From contig JBDREQ010000025.1 in NCBI GenBank assembly GCA_043819555.1, positions 92,503 through 156,502 on the forward strand: a stretch of DNA of 64,000 bases, written 5' to 3'. A program made the position numbers and the translations under genes. Positions 17,857-26,577 of the stretch are shown one piece after another. Position 1 is the stretch's first letter, and the number at the start of each line of letters is the position of its first letter. The stretch comes from Candidatus Zixiibacteriota bacterium. GTDB taxonomy: Bacteria; Zixibacteria; MSB-5A5; GN15; JAAZOE01. The notes beneath the pieces are model-generated. The model saw only the letters and a list, made by a program, of their open reading frames with translations. It had not been told where the DNA came from and made no database searches.

Positions 17857-19308
17857 ATGAGTAAAAAAAAGAACAAGCCAAAAAAGATTAAACCGGAAGT
17901 CCTAAAGGGTTTCAAAGACTATCCGCCGTCCGAAGAGATTGCGCGGCAAAAGCTTGTAGCGGTTTTTCGGGAAGTGTTTGAGTCGTTTGGATTCTCTCCG
18001 CTTCAAACCCCGGCTCTTGAGCGAGTCGAAGTTCTGAAAGGTTCGGATTACGGACAGGATAACCTGGAGACGATTTTCAGCTTTGTTGGCCCGGAAAAAA
18101 CCGATATGGCTCTGCGTTTTGAACTGACCGCTTCGCTGGCGCGGTATGTCGCCGGATATCCGGAATTACCGCTTCCGTTTCGCAGATATCAGATCGGCCC
18201 GGTCTGGCGCGTCGATAAACCCGGTCCGGGAAGGTTTCGAGAATTCACTCAGTTCGATATCGATTCGGTAGGAACGTCGAGCATGCTGGCCGATGCCGAG
18301 ATTATGGCGGCGATCTGCAAATCATTCGAGAAACTTGGCCTGACAAATTACAAAGTCAAATACTCCAATCGAAAAATACTGAATGGCCTCGCGCAGTATG
18401 CCAAAATCCAGCCGGAAACGGCCCCTGATGTTTTTCGAGTGATCGACAAGTTAGATAAGCAGGGAATGGACGCGGTAAAGCTCGAACTTGGTCCAGGGCG
18501 AACAGATATTTCGGGCGATAAGATTCCGGGATTGAATTTACCCGGTGAACAGATTGAGATTCTTGAAAAGTTTCTATTACTGCAATCTTCAGAAGAAAAT
18601 AGTATTGAAGCCGCCGGAAAATTATTGTCTGGGATTGCCGATGCCGAAGAGGGCATTGATGAGCTAAAACTTATTGCATCCTATCTCAAAAATCTCGGTG
18701 TTCCAGAAGAGAAGGCTCAAATTGATTTGACCATTGTGCGGGGACTCGGATATTATACCGGGCCGGTGTTTGAGACGGTGCTTGAAGATATTCCCGAGAT
18801 CGGATCGGTGTTTGCCGGAGGGCGTTATGACGGTTTAGTCGAGCGGTTTCTTGGAAAGAAAATTCCGGCAACGGGGGCGTCGGCGGGAATTGACCGACTA
18901 CTGGCGGCGCTGATGCTAAAAGGAGTTATCAAAACCGAGCCGACGATATCTCAGGTTCTCGTTACCGCGATGGACAAGGATCGGATGCCTGATTATCTCA
19001 ATATACTAAATGAAATTAGAGACGCCGGTATCAAGGCCGAGATTTTTCTTGGCGAAACGCAGAATTTCACCAAGCAGATTAAATACGCTGACCGGGTTGG
19101 CATTCCAATCGCGGTCATTCTTGGTTCGGATGAATTCGAAAATAACCAGGTGACGGTTAAAAATCTCGTTGCGGGGAGAGTCCAGGCTGAAGAAGTCGCC
19201 GATCGCGAGGAGTGGCTCAAGGCTGAAGATATTCAGGCGACAATTCCCCGAGGGGAATTGATAGATTATCTGAAGAAGCTTCTTAAAGAAATTAATCAGA
19301 CAAATTGA
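17857..19308 (+). CDS. hisS: Histidyl-tRNA synthetase, long (483 aa) divergent type
   Basis: Class II HisRS pattern (..LKGFKDYPPSEE.., motif-2 region ..FRRYQIGPVWRVDKPGPGRFREFTQFDIDSVG.., ..AGGRYDGLV..) plus a C-terminal anticodon-binding domain. The start is set at ATG 17857 because the longer ORF (17794) overlaps the tRNA. Confidence 0.9.
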   Translation: MSKKKNKPKKIKPEVLKGFKDYPPSEEIARQKLVAVFREVFESFGFSPLQTPALERVEVLKGSDYGQDNLETIFSFVGPEKTDMALRFELTASLARYVAGYPELPLPFRRYQIGPVWRVDKPGPGRFREFTQFDIDSVGTSSMLADAEIMAAICKSFEKLGLTNYKVKYSNRKILNGLAQYAKIQPETAPDVFRVIDKLDKQGMDAVKLELGPGRTDISGDKIPGLNLPGEQIEILEKFLLLQSSEENSIEAAGKLLSGIADAEEGIDELKLIASYLKNLGVPEEKAQIDLTIVRGLGYYTGPVFETVLEDIPEIGSVFAGGRYDGLVERFLGKKIPATGASAGIDRLLAALMLKGVIKTEPTISQVLVTAMDKDRMPDYLNILNEIRDAGIKAEIFLGETQNFTKQIKYADRVGIPIAVILGSDEFENNQVTVKNLVAGRVQAEEVADREEWLKAEDIQATIPRGELIDYLKKLLKEINQTN

Positions 19309-19313
19309 TTTGG

Positions 19314-19510
19314 TGTCAGGTCACAATTTCGCTTCGCGAAATCAGGACCCGACACAACCACTTCAATAGTTATCGTTGTCATTCTCGAGAGCGAAGTCCT
19401 GTCAGGGACGAAGCGAATCGGGAATCCATGCAGACCTATTAAAAATTAATACCGTTGTCATTTCTATGAAAGCTGTATGGATGCCAGCGTCCGCCGGCAT
19501 GACATTAATG
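19314..19510. repeat. REP-like imperfect palindromes downstream of hisS
   Basis: There is a nested hairpin GTGTCAGGTC..(ATTTCGC-TTC-GCGAAAT)..GGACCCGACAC. Also present are ATTCTCG...CGGGAAT (a relative of the common GTCATTCCCGC..GCGGGAATCC motif) and ATGCCAGC-GTCC-GCCGGCAT. Confidence 0.35.
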
Positions 19511-19601
19511 ATTTATTAAAACAATTCTGGTTACTTGACCTGAATCAATTCCTGAAATGGATTTGTTTTTTAATTTGCCTCTAAGATTATAAGGTGATTT
19601 A

Positions 19602-20723
19602 ATGGAAGCAGTGAAACAAGAAGCGACAATTATAGAAAACGGCATTAAACGTAAAAGTTTTTCGACTCGTAAATTCCGGTTTTGGGCGCAGGTTTTTTCT
19701 CTCGCAATAAGTATCTGGATGGGCGTGGAGTTTTATCTTTTCGTTCGATATCTGGAAGCCGGTAAAATTATGGGGATGGCTCCGACTCGCCCGCCGGGTG
19801 TGGAAGGATATTTGCCGATTTCAGGTCTGATATCTCTTCGGGACTGGTTTATCACCGGAGTCTTAAACAATATCCATCCGGCCTCGTTGATAATATTACT
19901 CGCCATTATCTTAATTTCATTTGTCTTTAAGAAGAGTTTTTGTAGCTGGGTCTGTCCGGTCGGGTTTATATCGGAAATGATTGGCAATATCGGCGATTTT
20001 CTTGTGAACCAAAAGTATTTGCCTTTCAAGTTTTTGAAAAGTAAAAATGGAGAGAATGAAGAAAGCCCAATCCGATTAAAGCTGCACCCTTTTCTTGATT
20101 ATCCTTTACACTCGTTGAAATATCTGCTTCTGGCATTTTTTGTTTATGCCGTATTCTTCCAGATGTCAGCGGTCGATATTCGTCAGTTTGTTGAGTCACC
20201 TTACAATAAAGTCGCTGACATTAAAATGATGAAGTTTTTCATCGACATTGACGCTTTTGGACTGTGGACAATAATAATTCTATTCGGTCTTTCGATTTTT
20301 CTGCGCGGATTCTGGTGCCGGTATCTCTGTCCGTACGGAGCCTTGGTTGGCCTGTTTTCATTGGCTGGTCCGGCTAGAATAAGACGCGAAGAAAATATTT
20401 GCATTTCCTGCGGGAAATGTGCTCAGACGTGTCCGTCGTTTATAAAAGTAGATACGGTCAAACAGGTAGTATCAGATGAATGTTCAGGCTGCCTTGACTG
20501 CGTTGATATCTGCCCGGCCAAAGGATCGTTGACTCTCGGCTTGACGGGATTGAAGAAAAGGATTTCGAAACGGGTCTGGGCGATTGGCCTGATAATTATT
20601 TTTTGGGGGCTTTTGGCTGGGTTTAAGATGTTTGGGCCGTGGCAAAACTTGATTTCCACAGAAGAATATATGTATCATACAAAAAGGATGGAGAGCGGAG
20701 AATATGATCATCCGGGCAGGTGA
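19602..20723 (+). CDS. Membrane-bound polyferredoxin (NapH/MauN/RdxA-like 4Fe-4S protein)
   Basis: Multiple TM helices, two CX3CP motifs (CSWVCPVG, CRYLCPYG) and two ferredoxin motifs (CISCGKCAQTCP, CSGCLDCVDICP). Confidence 0.7.
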   Translation: MEAVKQEATIIENGIKRKSFSTRKFRFWAQVFSLAISIWMGVEFYLFVRYLEAGKIMGMAPTRPPGVEGYLPISGLISLRDWFITGVLNNIHPASLIILLAIILISFVFKKSFCSWVCPVGFISEMIGNIGDFLVNQKYLPFKFLKSKNGENEESPIRLKLHPFLDYPLHSLKYLLLAFFVYAVFFQMSAVDIRQFVESPYNKVADIKMMKFFIDIDAFGLWTIIILFGLSIFLRGFWCRYLCPYGALVGLFSLAGPARIRREENICISCGKCAQTCPSFIKVDTVKQVVSDECSGCLDCVDICPAKGSLTLGLTGLKKRISKRVWAIGLIIIFWGLLAGFKMFGPWQNLISTEEYMYHTKRMESGEYDHPGR

Positions 20724-21466
20724 ATATGACTGATTTCGCGGATATTGCGCCTTTCTATGATAAAATGACAGGTTACGCCAATCGATTGATCGGTGATTTC
20801 GGAACCATCAAACATCTCGTCAAGAAATTTAGTATTAAAAACGCGCTTGATGCCGGCTGCGGAAGCGGGGTACACAGTATAATTCTCTCTAAAATCGGAG
20901 TCGATACGATCGGTTTAGATTCCTCCAAACAGATGCTCGATATTGCCAGAGCCAACGCTTTGAAAGAAGGCGTTAAAATCCAATTTGAAAAGGGTTTTTT
21001 TGAATCAATGCCGAATGAATGGACCGGCAAATTTGATTCCGTGTTCTGTCTGGCTAATTCTCTGGTTGGGGCTGAAACTGACAAACGATTATCTCAGGCA
21101 ATGAAATCATTTAACAGGGTATTGCGTCCCGGGGGCAAGATTATAATTCAATTGGTAAATATTTTGAAATACCGAAAAGAAAATAACCGGATTATCAAAG
21201 TGTCGTCTGTTGAAAACCTGACCTTTGTTCGGTTTTTTGATTTTGAAAAAGGATCGACTCGCCTTAATGTCCTTATAATTGAAAATGATACGGGGCAGAT
21301 TAAACATAAACTTATTTCGCAGCCGATTCTTCCGATAAGCGCTGAATTAATCCGTGATTCCGCCAAAATTGGCGGTTTTTTATTTTATGAGTTTTTCTCT
21401 GATTTATCCCTGACCGCTCCGTTTTCGGATGACTCCGACAATATGATCGTCGTTTTGACAAAATAG
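20720..21466 (+). CDS. Class I SAM-dependent methyltransferase
   Basis: Motif I ..ALDAGCGSGVHS.. and post-I/II pattern ..FDSVFCLANSL... It overlaps the upstream gene by 4 nt. Confidence 0.75.
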   Translation: MNMTDFADIAPFYDKMTGYANRLIGDFGTIKHLVKKFSIKNALDAGCGSGVHSIILSKIGVDTIGLDSSKQMLDIARANALKEGVKIQFEKGFFESMPNEWTGKFDSVFCLANSLVGAETDKRLSQAMKSFNRVLRPGGKIIIQLVNILKYRKENNRIIKVSSVENLTFVRFFDFEKGSTRLNVLIIENDTGQIKHKLISQPILPISAELIRDSAKIGGFLFYEFFSDLSLTAPFSDDSDNMIVVLTK

Positions 21467-21578
21467 CTATATTTGGGCTCTATATTTTTCTTCAATTTAA
21501 TCCGATAAAATTAATGATAATCTTGGACAAAGGTGTAACCACGCACGTCTGAAATTGAATGGCTGAAGGACTTTTGTT

Positions 21579-22298
21579 ATGATAGGTTTGATGGGCAGTC
21601 TTGAGGAAGAAATTGAACTCTTTTGCAGACACGCCAAAATTGAAAAAAAGTACAAATATGCCGGAATTGATTTCTATCGCGGAATGATAGATGATGAGCC
21701 GGCAGTTATAGTTCAATGTGGGATTGGGAAAGTGAATGCAGCTTTTTCAACTCAGATTTTACTAAAACGATTCGATATTGACAGAGTCGTATTGACCGGA
21801 GTGGCCGGTCCCCTGGTACCATATCTGCAACAGGGCGATATCGTAGCCGCCAATTATCTGATACAACATGATTCTGATCCGGCCGCTTTTGAGCTGCGCC
21901 AGGGTGAACGCACTTCGGCGGGACGGATGCTTGAAGCCGATCCAAGTATGCTAAGGAGAATGAATGAAGCCTATAATTCTACATATGGATGCCAAACCAA
22001 TCGGCCCCAGATGGTCGTTGGCACCATAATTTCCGGACATATATTTATATCAGATAGAAAAACCATCGCTTTTCTTCATCGAGAATTCGGGGCTGTCGCG
22101 GCGGATTTGGAGGGAGCCGCGGTCGCTCATGTTTGCCAATTAAACTCTGTTCCTTTTATAGTGATTCGCACGATATCAGATGAGTCGTCCGGCAACGCCA
22201 ATGGGCAGTTCAAAACGTTTCTTGATATGGCTCCGATCAATGTATTTGCCATGATAAGGAATTTCCTCGGGTCGGAAAAATTACAAGTTGTCGGCTGA
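21579..22298 (+). CDS. mtnN: 5'-methylthioadenosine/S-adenosylhomocysteine nucleosidase
   Basis: PNP/UDP-1 fold with N-terminus MIGLMGSLEEEIELF.., ..QCGIGKVNAA.., and ..DLEGAAVAHVC..FIVIRTISDES... Confidence 0.8.
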   Translation: MIGLMGSLEEEIELFCRHAKIEKKYKYAGIDFYRGMIDDEPAVIVQCGIGKVNAAFSTQILLKRFDIDRVVLTGVAGPLVPYLQQGDIVAANYLIQHDSDPAAFELRQGERTSAGRMLEADPSMLRRMNEAYNSTYGCQTNRPQMVVGTIISGHIFISDRKTIAFLHREFGAVAADLEGAAVAHVCQLNSVPFIVIRTISDESSGNANGQFKTFLDMAPINVFAMIRNFLGSEKLQVVG

Positions 22299-22368
22299 GA
22301 AAAATACTCTCTTTAAATTAATTTCAAAAATAATGAATCAGGCGGAAACAATCATGGGCAATTCCATG

Positions 22369-22396
22369 TTGACACAATTGAAACCAAAACTATATT
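22369..22396 (+). promoter_or_regulatory. Sigma-70-type promoter candidate for the M6 protease gene
   Basis: TTGACA-N16-TATATT about 50 nt upstream of ATG 22446. Confidence 0.4.
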
Positions 22397-22445
22397 AAGG
22401 TGTCATATCACAATGAACCGGCACATGCAGCCCTTGGGAGTTAAA

Positions 22446-25025
22446 ATGTTTAAGAAATTGTTTCTTGCCACCCTCACCACAGCAACATTAATTTTTTTCT
22501 CCGCCCATATATTTGCAGTAGCGCCTTCGCCTGAAATTCTTCAAAAGCTTAAAGATGAAGGCGAGTACGAACAGTTTTTGAATACCATTGCTTCAGCCCA
22601 CGCCAAGGGTGTTGATGCCCCAACTGTAAACAGTAACGGCAAGTTGCGTTCCCCTCTGGCATCATTGTCAACAGTCAGGGCCTTAGTCATTCTGATTGAT
22701 TTTGACGATAAACCTTACACCGCCGGTTATACTGCCGGTACGCCGCAGGATTTTGATGAACTATTATTTTCAGAGGGAATTATACCGACCGGTTCCATGC
22801 GGGAATACTATATTGAAAATTCCTACGGTGAAATATTTATGGAAGGCGACATTGCCGGGTGGTACCGAGCACCCCAATTTTCGGACTATTATGTAAATTA
22901 CTGCGACGGTTCTCATGGTTTTGGTGATTATCCCAATAATGCCCAAAAACTGGTAGAGGACGCCATAAATCTTGCCGACCCCGATATTGATTTCTCTCTT
23001 TACGATAATGATGGCGATGGCTGGGTTGATGCCCTGTTTATCGTTCATTCCGGAACCGGTTATGAAAATACCGGTAATCATTGCGAGATACATTCCCACA
23101 AATGGGGAATCGGTACGGTTATGAAGGATGGAGTGAGGATTAGTACTTATTCAATGGAGCCGGAAGAAAGCCCCGGCAGCGGCGGCCTTATTCCCATCGG
23201 TGTTTATTGCCATGAACTGGGTCATGTTTTCGGACTACCCGATTTATATGATTATGATTATTCCACATCCGGTGTTGGCCGATGGTGCGTCATGGCCACC
23301 GGAAGCTATAATGGCGGTTCCCGGACTCCGGCTCAATTTAGCGCCTGGTGTAAGGAACAGCTGGGTTGGGTAAATCCAGTAATTGTAAACGACAACTTGA
23401 CCAATGTGGAAATACCAATGACGGTCTGGAATCCGGTATCATATAGACTCTGGGCGGGTGGAGCGATTGGTCCTGAATATTTTCTCGTAGAGAATAGGCA
23501 AAAACAAGGATATGACGCGGCTCTGCCGGGAGGCGGTATTTTAATCTGGCATATTGATGAAACGGTTAATACCGGCAATGATAATGAATGGCATAAATTG
23601 GTGGCGTTAGAGCAAGCCGATGGGGATTTTGATCTTGAGAATGATAATAATTCCGGAGATATTTATGACCCGTACCCCAGTCCCGCCGGTGTAACTGATT
23701 TCGGGGTGGGAACAGTCCCCAATTCCAATGATTATGATGATCAGGAAACACAGGTTGGAGTATGGGACATTTCTGCGTCTGATTCAATAATGACGGCCAA
23801 TTTTGATATCATGTGGAATCGACCCAATCTCTTATTTCTCCAGACTAATTTTACCGATGGCGGTTACGGAGATGGAGATGGCGTTATTGAGCCGGGGGAA
23901 ACAATATTACTTTTTGTCGAGGTGGAAAATATCTGGGCTGATGCGGAAGGAGTTGATCTGACGTTTTCTGTCAATGATCCGGCGATAATAATCAATGCTT
24001 CGTCCGTGACTCTTGGCGATATCCCTCACGGGGCGACAGCTGGAAATACCGGATTTCCGATATCATTCACCGTTCCGGAAAATTACAAACCGCGCATTGA
24101 TACTTTCTTTTTTGAGTTTACCGGGAATACCGGCGCATATAGTCAAATTACGCCGATGCAGAAGAATGTCGGCTCCGACGGGGTATTGATTATCGATGAT
24201 GATAATGGCGATGATTATGAAAAGTATTACATCGATCATTTGACAGCAGAATTGCTTCCTTATGTAAACCTTGATAAAACAACTTCTCCGGTAACCGGAG
24301 CAATTCTGGCCAAACATAATACCGTAGTATGGTTTACCGGCGCATATCAGGCGAACCCTCTATCAGTCAATGATATTTCGGCTTTGAAATATTTTATGGA
24401 TAACGGCGGAAATCTTTTCCTTACCGGGCAGGGAATAGCGGCTCAGTTGGCGATCCTTGATAATAACTTTCTGACCAATTATCTTCGGGTCGAATATGTA
24501 TCAACTTCAATGATTCCACCGGTTATACCTAATACGGGCGGCCAGGTTCTGAATGAGCTGGATACTTTGAACATTCATGGATTTATGGGCGCCAGCAATC
24601 AATCCAGCCCGGATCATCTTAATGCCGTCAATAGCGGCGTGGTTGAGGCCAATTATGTAATTACCGAGCTGGCAGCAGCTGTTTCATATTCCGGTGACTA
24701 TAAATCAGTGTTTTTCGGTTTCGGATTAGAAGGTATCGGCGAGGACGATACTCGATTTGCCAAACGCTCAGATGTGCTCATGAAAGTTTTGGAATTCCTG
24801 GGCGAAATTAATAATTATGTCCCTGGAGATGCCAATGCAGACGGTTCTGCCAATGTTGGCGATGCTGTTTATATAATTAATCACGCATTTAAAAGCGGCC
24901 CTGCCCCGGTGCCGCCTGAGGCCGGTGATGCGAATGGAGATTGCGGCGTTAATGTCGGCGATGCCGTTTATTTGATAAACTTTGTCTTTAAGGATGGCCC
25001 GGTTCCTTTACCCGGGTGTAATTAA
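22446..25025 (+). CDS. Secreted M6-family (immune-inhibitor-A-like) zinc metalloprotease with a C-terminal dockerin-like tandem repeat
   Basis: Signal peptide MFKKLFLATLTTATLIFFSAHIFA and zinc motif ..YCHELGHVFGLPDLYD... The C-terminus has two EF-hand-like repeats, GDANADGSANVGDAVYIINHAF and GDANGDCGVNVGDAVYLINFVF. The start is set at ATG 22446 (GGGAG RBS). Confidence 0.8.
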   Translation: MFKKLFLATLTTATLIFFSAHIFAVAPSPEILQKLKDEGEYEQFLNTIASAHAKGVDAPTVNSNGKLRSPLASLSTVRALVILIDFDDKPYTAGYTAGTPQDFDELLFSEGIIPTGSMREYYIENSYGEIFMEGDIAGWYRAPQFSDYYVNYCDGSHGFGDYPNNAQKLVEDAINLADPDIDFSLYDNDGDGWVDALFIVHSGTGYENTGNHCEIHSHKWGIGTVMKDGVRISTYSMEPEESPGSGGLIPIGVYCHELGHVFGLPDLYDYDYSTSGVGRWCVMATGSYNGGSRTPAQFSAWCKEQLGWVNPVIVNDNLTNVEIPMTVWNPVSYRLWAGGAIGPEYFLVENRQKQGYDAALPGGGILIWHIDETVNTGNDNEWHKLVALEQADGDFDLENDNNSGDIYDPYPSPAGVTDFGVGTVPNSNDYDDQETQVGVWDISASDSIMTANFDIMWNRPNLLFLQTNFTDGGYGDGDGVIEPGETILLFVEVENIWADAEGVDLTFSVNDPAIIINASSVTLGDIPHGATAGNTGFPISFTVPENYKPRIDTFFFEFTGNTGAYSQITPMQKNVGSDGVLIIDDDNGDDYEKYYIDHLTAELLPYVNLDKTTSPVTGAILAKHNTVVWFTGAYQANPLSVNDISALKYFMDNGGNLFLTGQGIAAQLAILDNNFLTNYLRVEYVSTSMIPPVIPNTGGQVLNELDTLNIHGFMGASNQSSPDHLNAVNSGVVEANYVITELAAAVSYSGDYKSVFFGFGLEGIGEDDTRFAKRSDVLMKVLEFLGEINNYVPGDANADGSANVGDAVYIINHAFKSGPAPVPPEAGDANGDCGVNVGDAVYLINFVFKDGPVPLPGCN

Positions 25026-25033
25026 ACTCCAAA

Positions 25034-25058
25034 AGGCGGGCAATTGGTCCGCCTTTTT
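25034..25058 (+). terminator. Rho-independent terminator after the M6 protease gene
   Basis: AGGCGG(GC)..(GT)CCGCCT stem followed by T5. Confidence 0.7.
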
Positions 25059-25089
25059 ATTATCCGCATAACTCAATTCTCTTTTGTTC

Positions 25090-25118
25090 TTGAAAACGAT
25101 AGCTGTATTTGTTATAAT
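25090..25118 (+). promoter_or_regulatory. Sigma-70-type promoter candidate for ilvE-rpiB-glyA
   Basis: TTGAAA-N17-TATAAT about 48 nt upstream of ATG 25166. Confidence 0.45.
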
Positions 25119-25165
25119 CGCTTACGCTTTAGTTTCGTAGCATATTATAAATTGGGGAGATTATT

Positions 25166-26116
25166 ATGGCTTTCAATAAAGTTGATAAAATATGGATGAA
25201 TGGGAAATTGGTCGATTGGGATGATGCCAGGATTCATGTCCTGTCACATGTAGTCCATTATGGTTCATCAGTATTTGAGGGAGAACGAGTTTATAAGACA
25301 TCCAAAGGTCCGGCTTGTTTTCGCATGTACGAGCACACCGACCGATTGTTTAATTCCGCCAAAATTTATCGCATGGAAATTCCATTCACTAAAGATGAGA
25401 TTAATCAAGCCCGCCTTGATCTTATTAGAGTCAATAAACTTGACGCCTGTTATGTTCGGCCACTGGTTTATCGCGGGTACGAAAACCTGGGTGTGGATCC
25501 GGGTACATGCCCGATTGATGTCGCTATCGCGGTATGGCCCTGGGGTAAGTATCTTGGGGAAGATGCCCTCGAAAAAGGCGTTTCTGTATGCGTCTCATCA
25601 TGGACGCGGCCAGCCGGGAATACTTTTCCGATGATGGCCAAATCAGGCGCCAATTACGCCAATTCACAGCTAATCAAGATGGAGGCGACTCGGCGCGGAT
25701 ACGCCGAGGGAGTAGCGCTCGATGTCAATGGCATGGTCTCCGAAGGTTCGGCGCAAAATATATTTATCTTCTGGCGTAATGTTCTGTACACGCCATCCTT
25801 CTGCAATTCGATATTACCGGGAATAACTCGAGATACCGTTATCACAATGGCAAAAGATATGGGAGTAAAAGTTGTCGAGACGCCGATTCCGAGAGAAATG
25901 CTATATATGGCCGATGAGGTTTTCTTTACCGGTTCTGCCGTTGAAGTCACTCCGATTTCCAAAATAGATGATATTGAAATCGGTTCCGGGCGCGCCGGGG
26001 AATTGACCCTTGCTCTGCAAAAAAAGTACTTTGATATCGTTGAGGGTCGAATCGAAGATAAACATAACTGGCTGACCTTTGTCAATCAGCCGGAATCAGT
26101 AAAACATCAGGTGTAA
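25166..26116 (+). CDS. ilvE: Branched-chain amino acid aminotransferase
   Basis: 316 aa class IV aminotransferase pattern (..IWMNGKLVDWDDARIHVLSHVVHYGSSVFEGER.., ..GITRDTVI..). Confidence 0.9.
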   Translation: MAFNKVDKIWMNGKLVDWDDARIHVLSHVVHYGSSVFEGERVYKTSKGPACFRMYEHTDRLFNSAKIYRMEIPFTKDEINQARLDLIRVNKLDACYVRPLVYRGYENLGVDPGTCPIDVAIAVWPWGKYLGEDALEKGVSVCVSSWTRPAGNTFPMMAKSGANYANSQLIKMEATRRGYAEGVALDVNGMVSEGSAQNIFIFWRNVLYTPSFCNSILPGITRDTVITMAKDMGVKVVETPIPREMLYMADEVFFTGSAVEVTPISKIDDIEIGSGRAGELTLALQKKYFDIVEGRIEDKHNWLTFVNQPESVKHQV

Positions 26117-26118
26117 CT

Positions 26119-26577
26119 ATGAAGATAGCGATTGGTTCAGACCATGCAGGCTTTGAGTTAAAGGAAAAGGTTAAAGAAATACTTGAAGAATGGAACCATG
26201 ATATAATTGACTTTGGCACTGACTCGACAGATTCGGTTGACTATTCCGACTATGCCATAAAAGTCGCCCAGGCGGTTGCGGCAGGTGATGTTGAGCGCGG
26301 CATAGCGATTTGCTGGACGGGAAATGGAATGACAATCGCGGCTAACAAAGTTGAAGGAATACGCGCTACATTGGGGCTGAATCCCGATATGGCCATGTTA
26401 TCGCGAGCGCATAATAATTCCAACGTATTGACACTTGCCTCAAAGTACTTATTAGAAGGTGAATTACGAGAGATACTTAAAGTATGGCTTGAAACTGAAT
26501 TTGAGGCCGGTCGACATACCAGACGTTTGTCGAAAATTCCAAATTCAGGCATGACGGAAAGCAAGACGGAGAAATAA
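26119..26577 (+). CDS. rpiB: Ribose-5-phosphate isomerase B
   Basis: MKIAIGSDHAGFELKE.., ..GIAICWTGNGMTIAANK.., and ..NSNVLTLASKY... Confidence 0.9.
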   Translation: MKIAIGSDHAGFELKEKVKEILEEWNHDIIDFGTDSTDSVDYSDYAIKVAQAVAAGDVERGIAICWTGNGMTIAANKVEGIRATLGLNPDMAMLSRAHNNSNVLTLASKYLLEGELREILKVWLETEFEAGRHTRRLSKIPNSGMTESKTEK

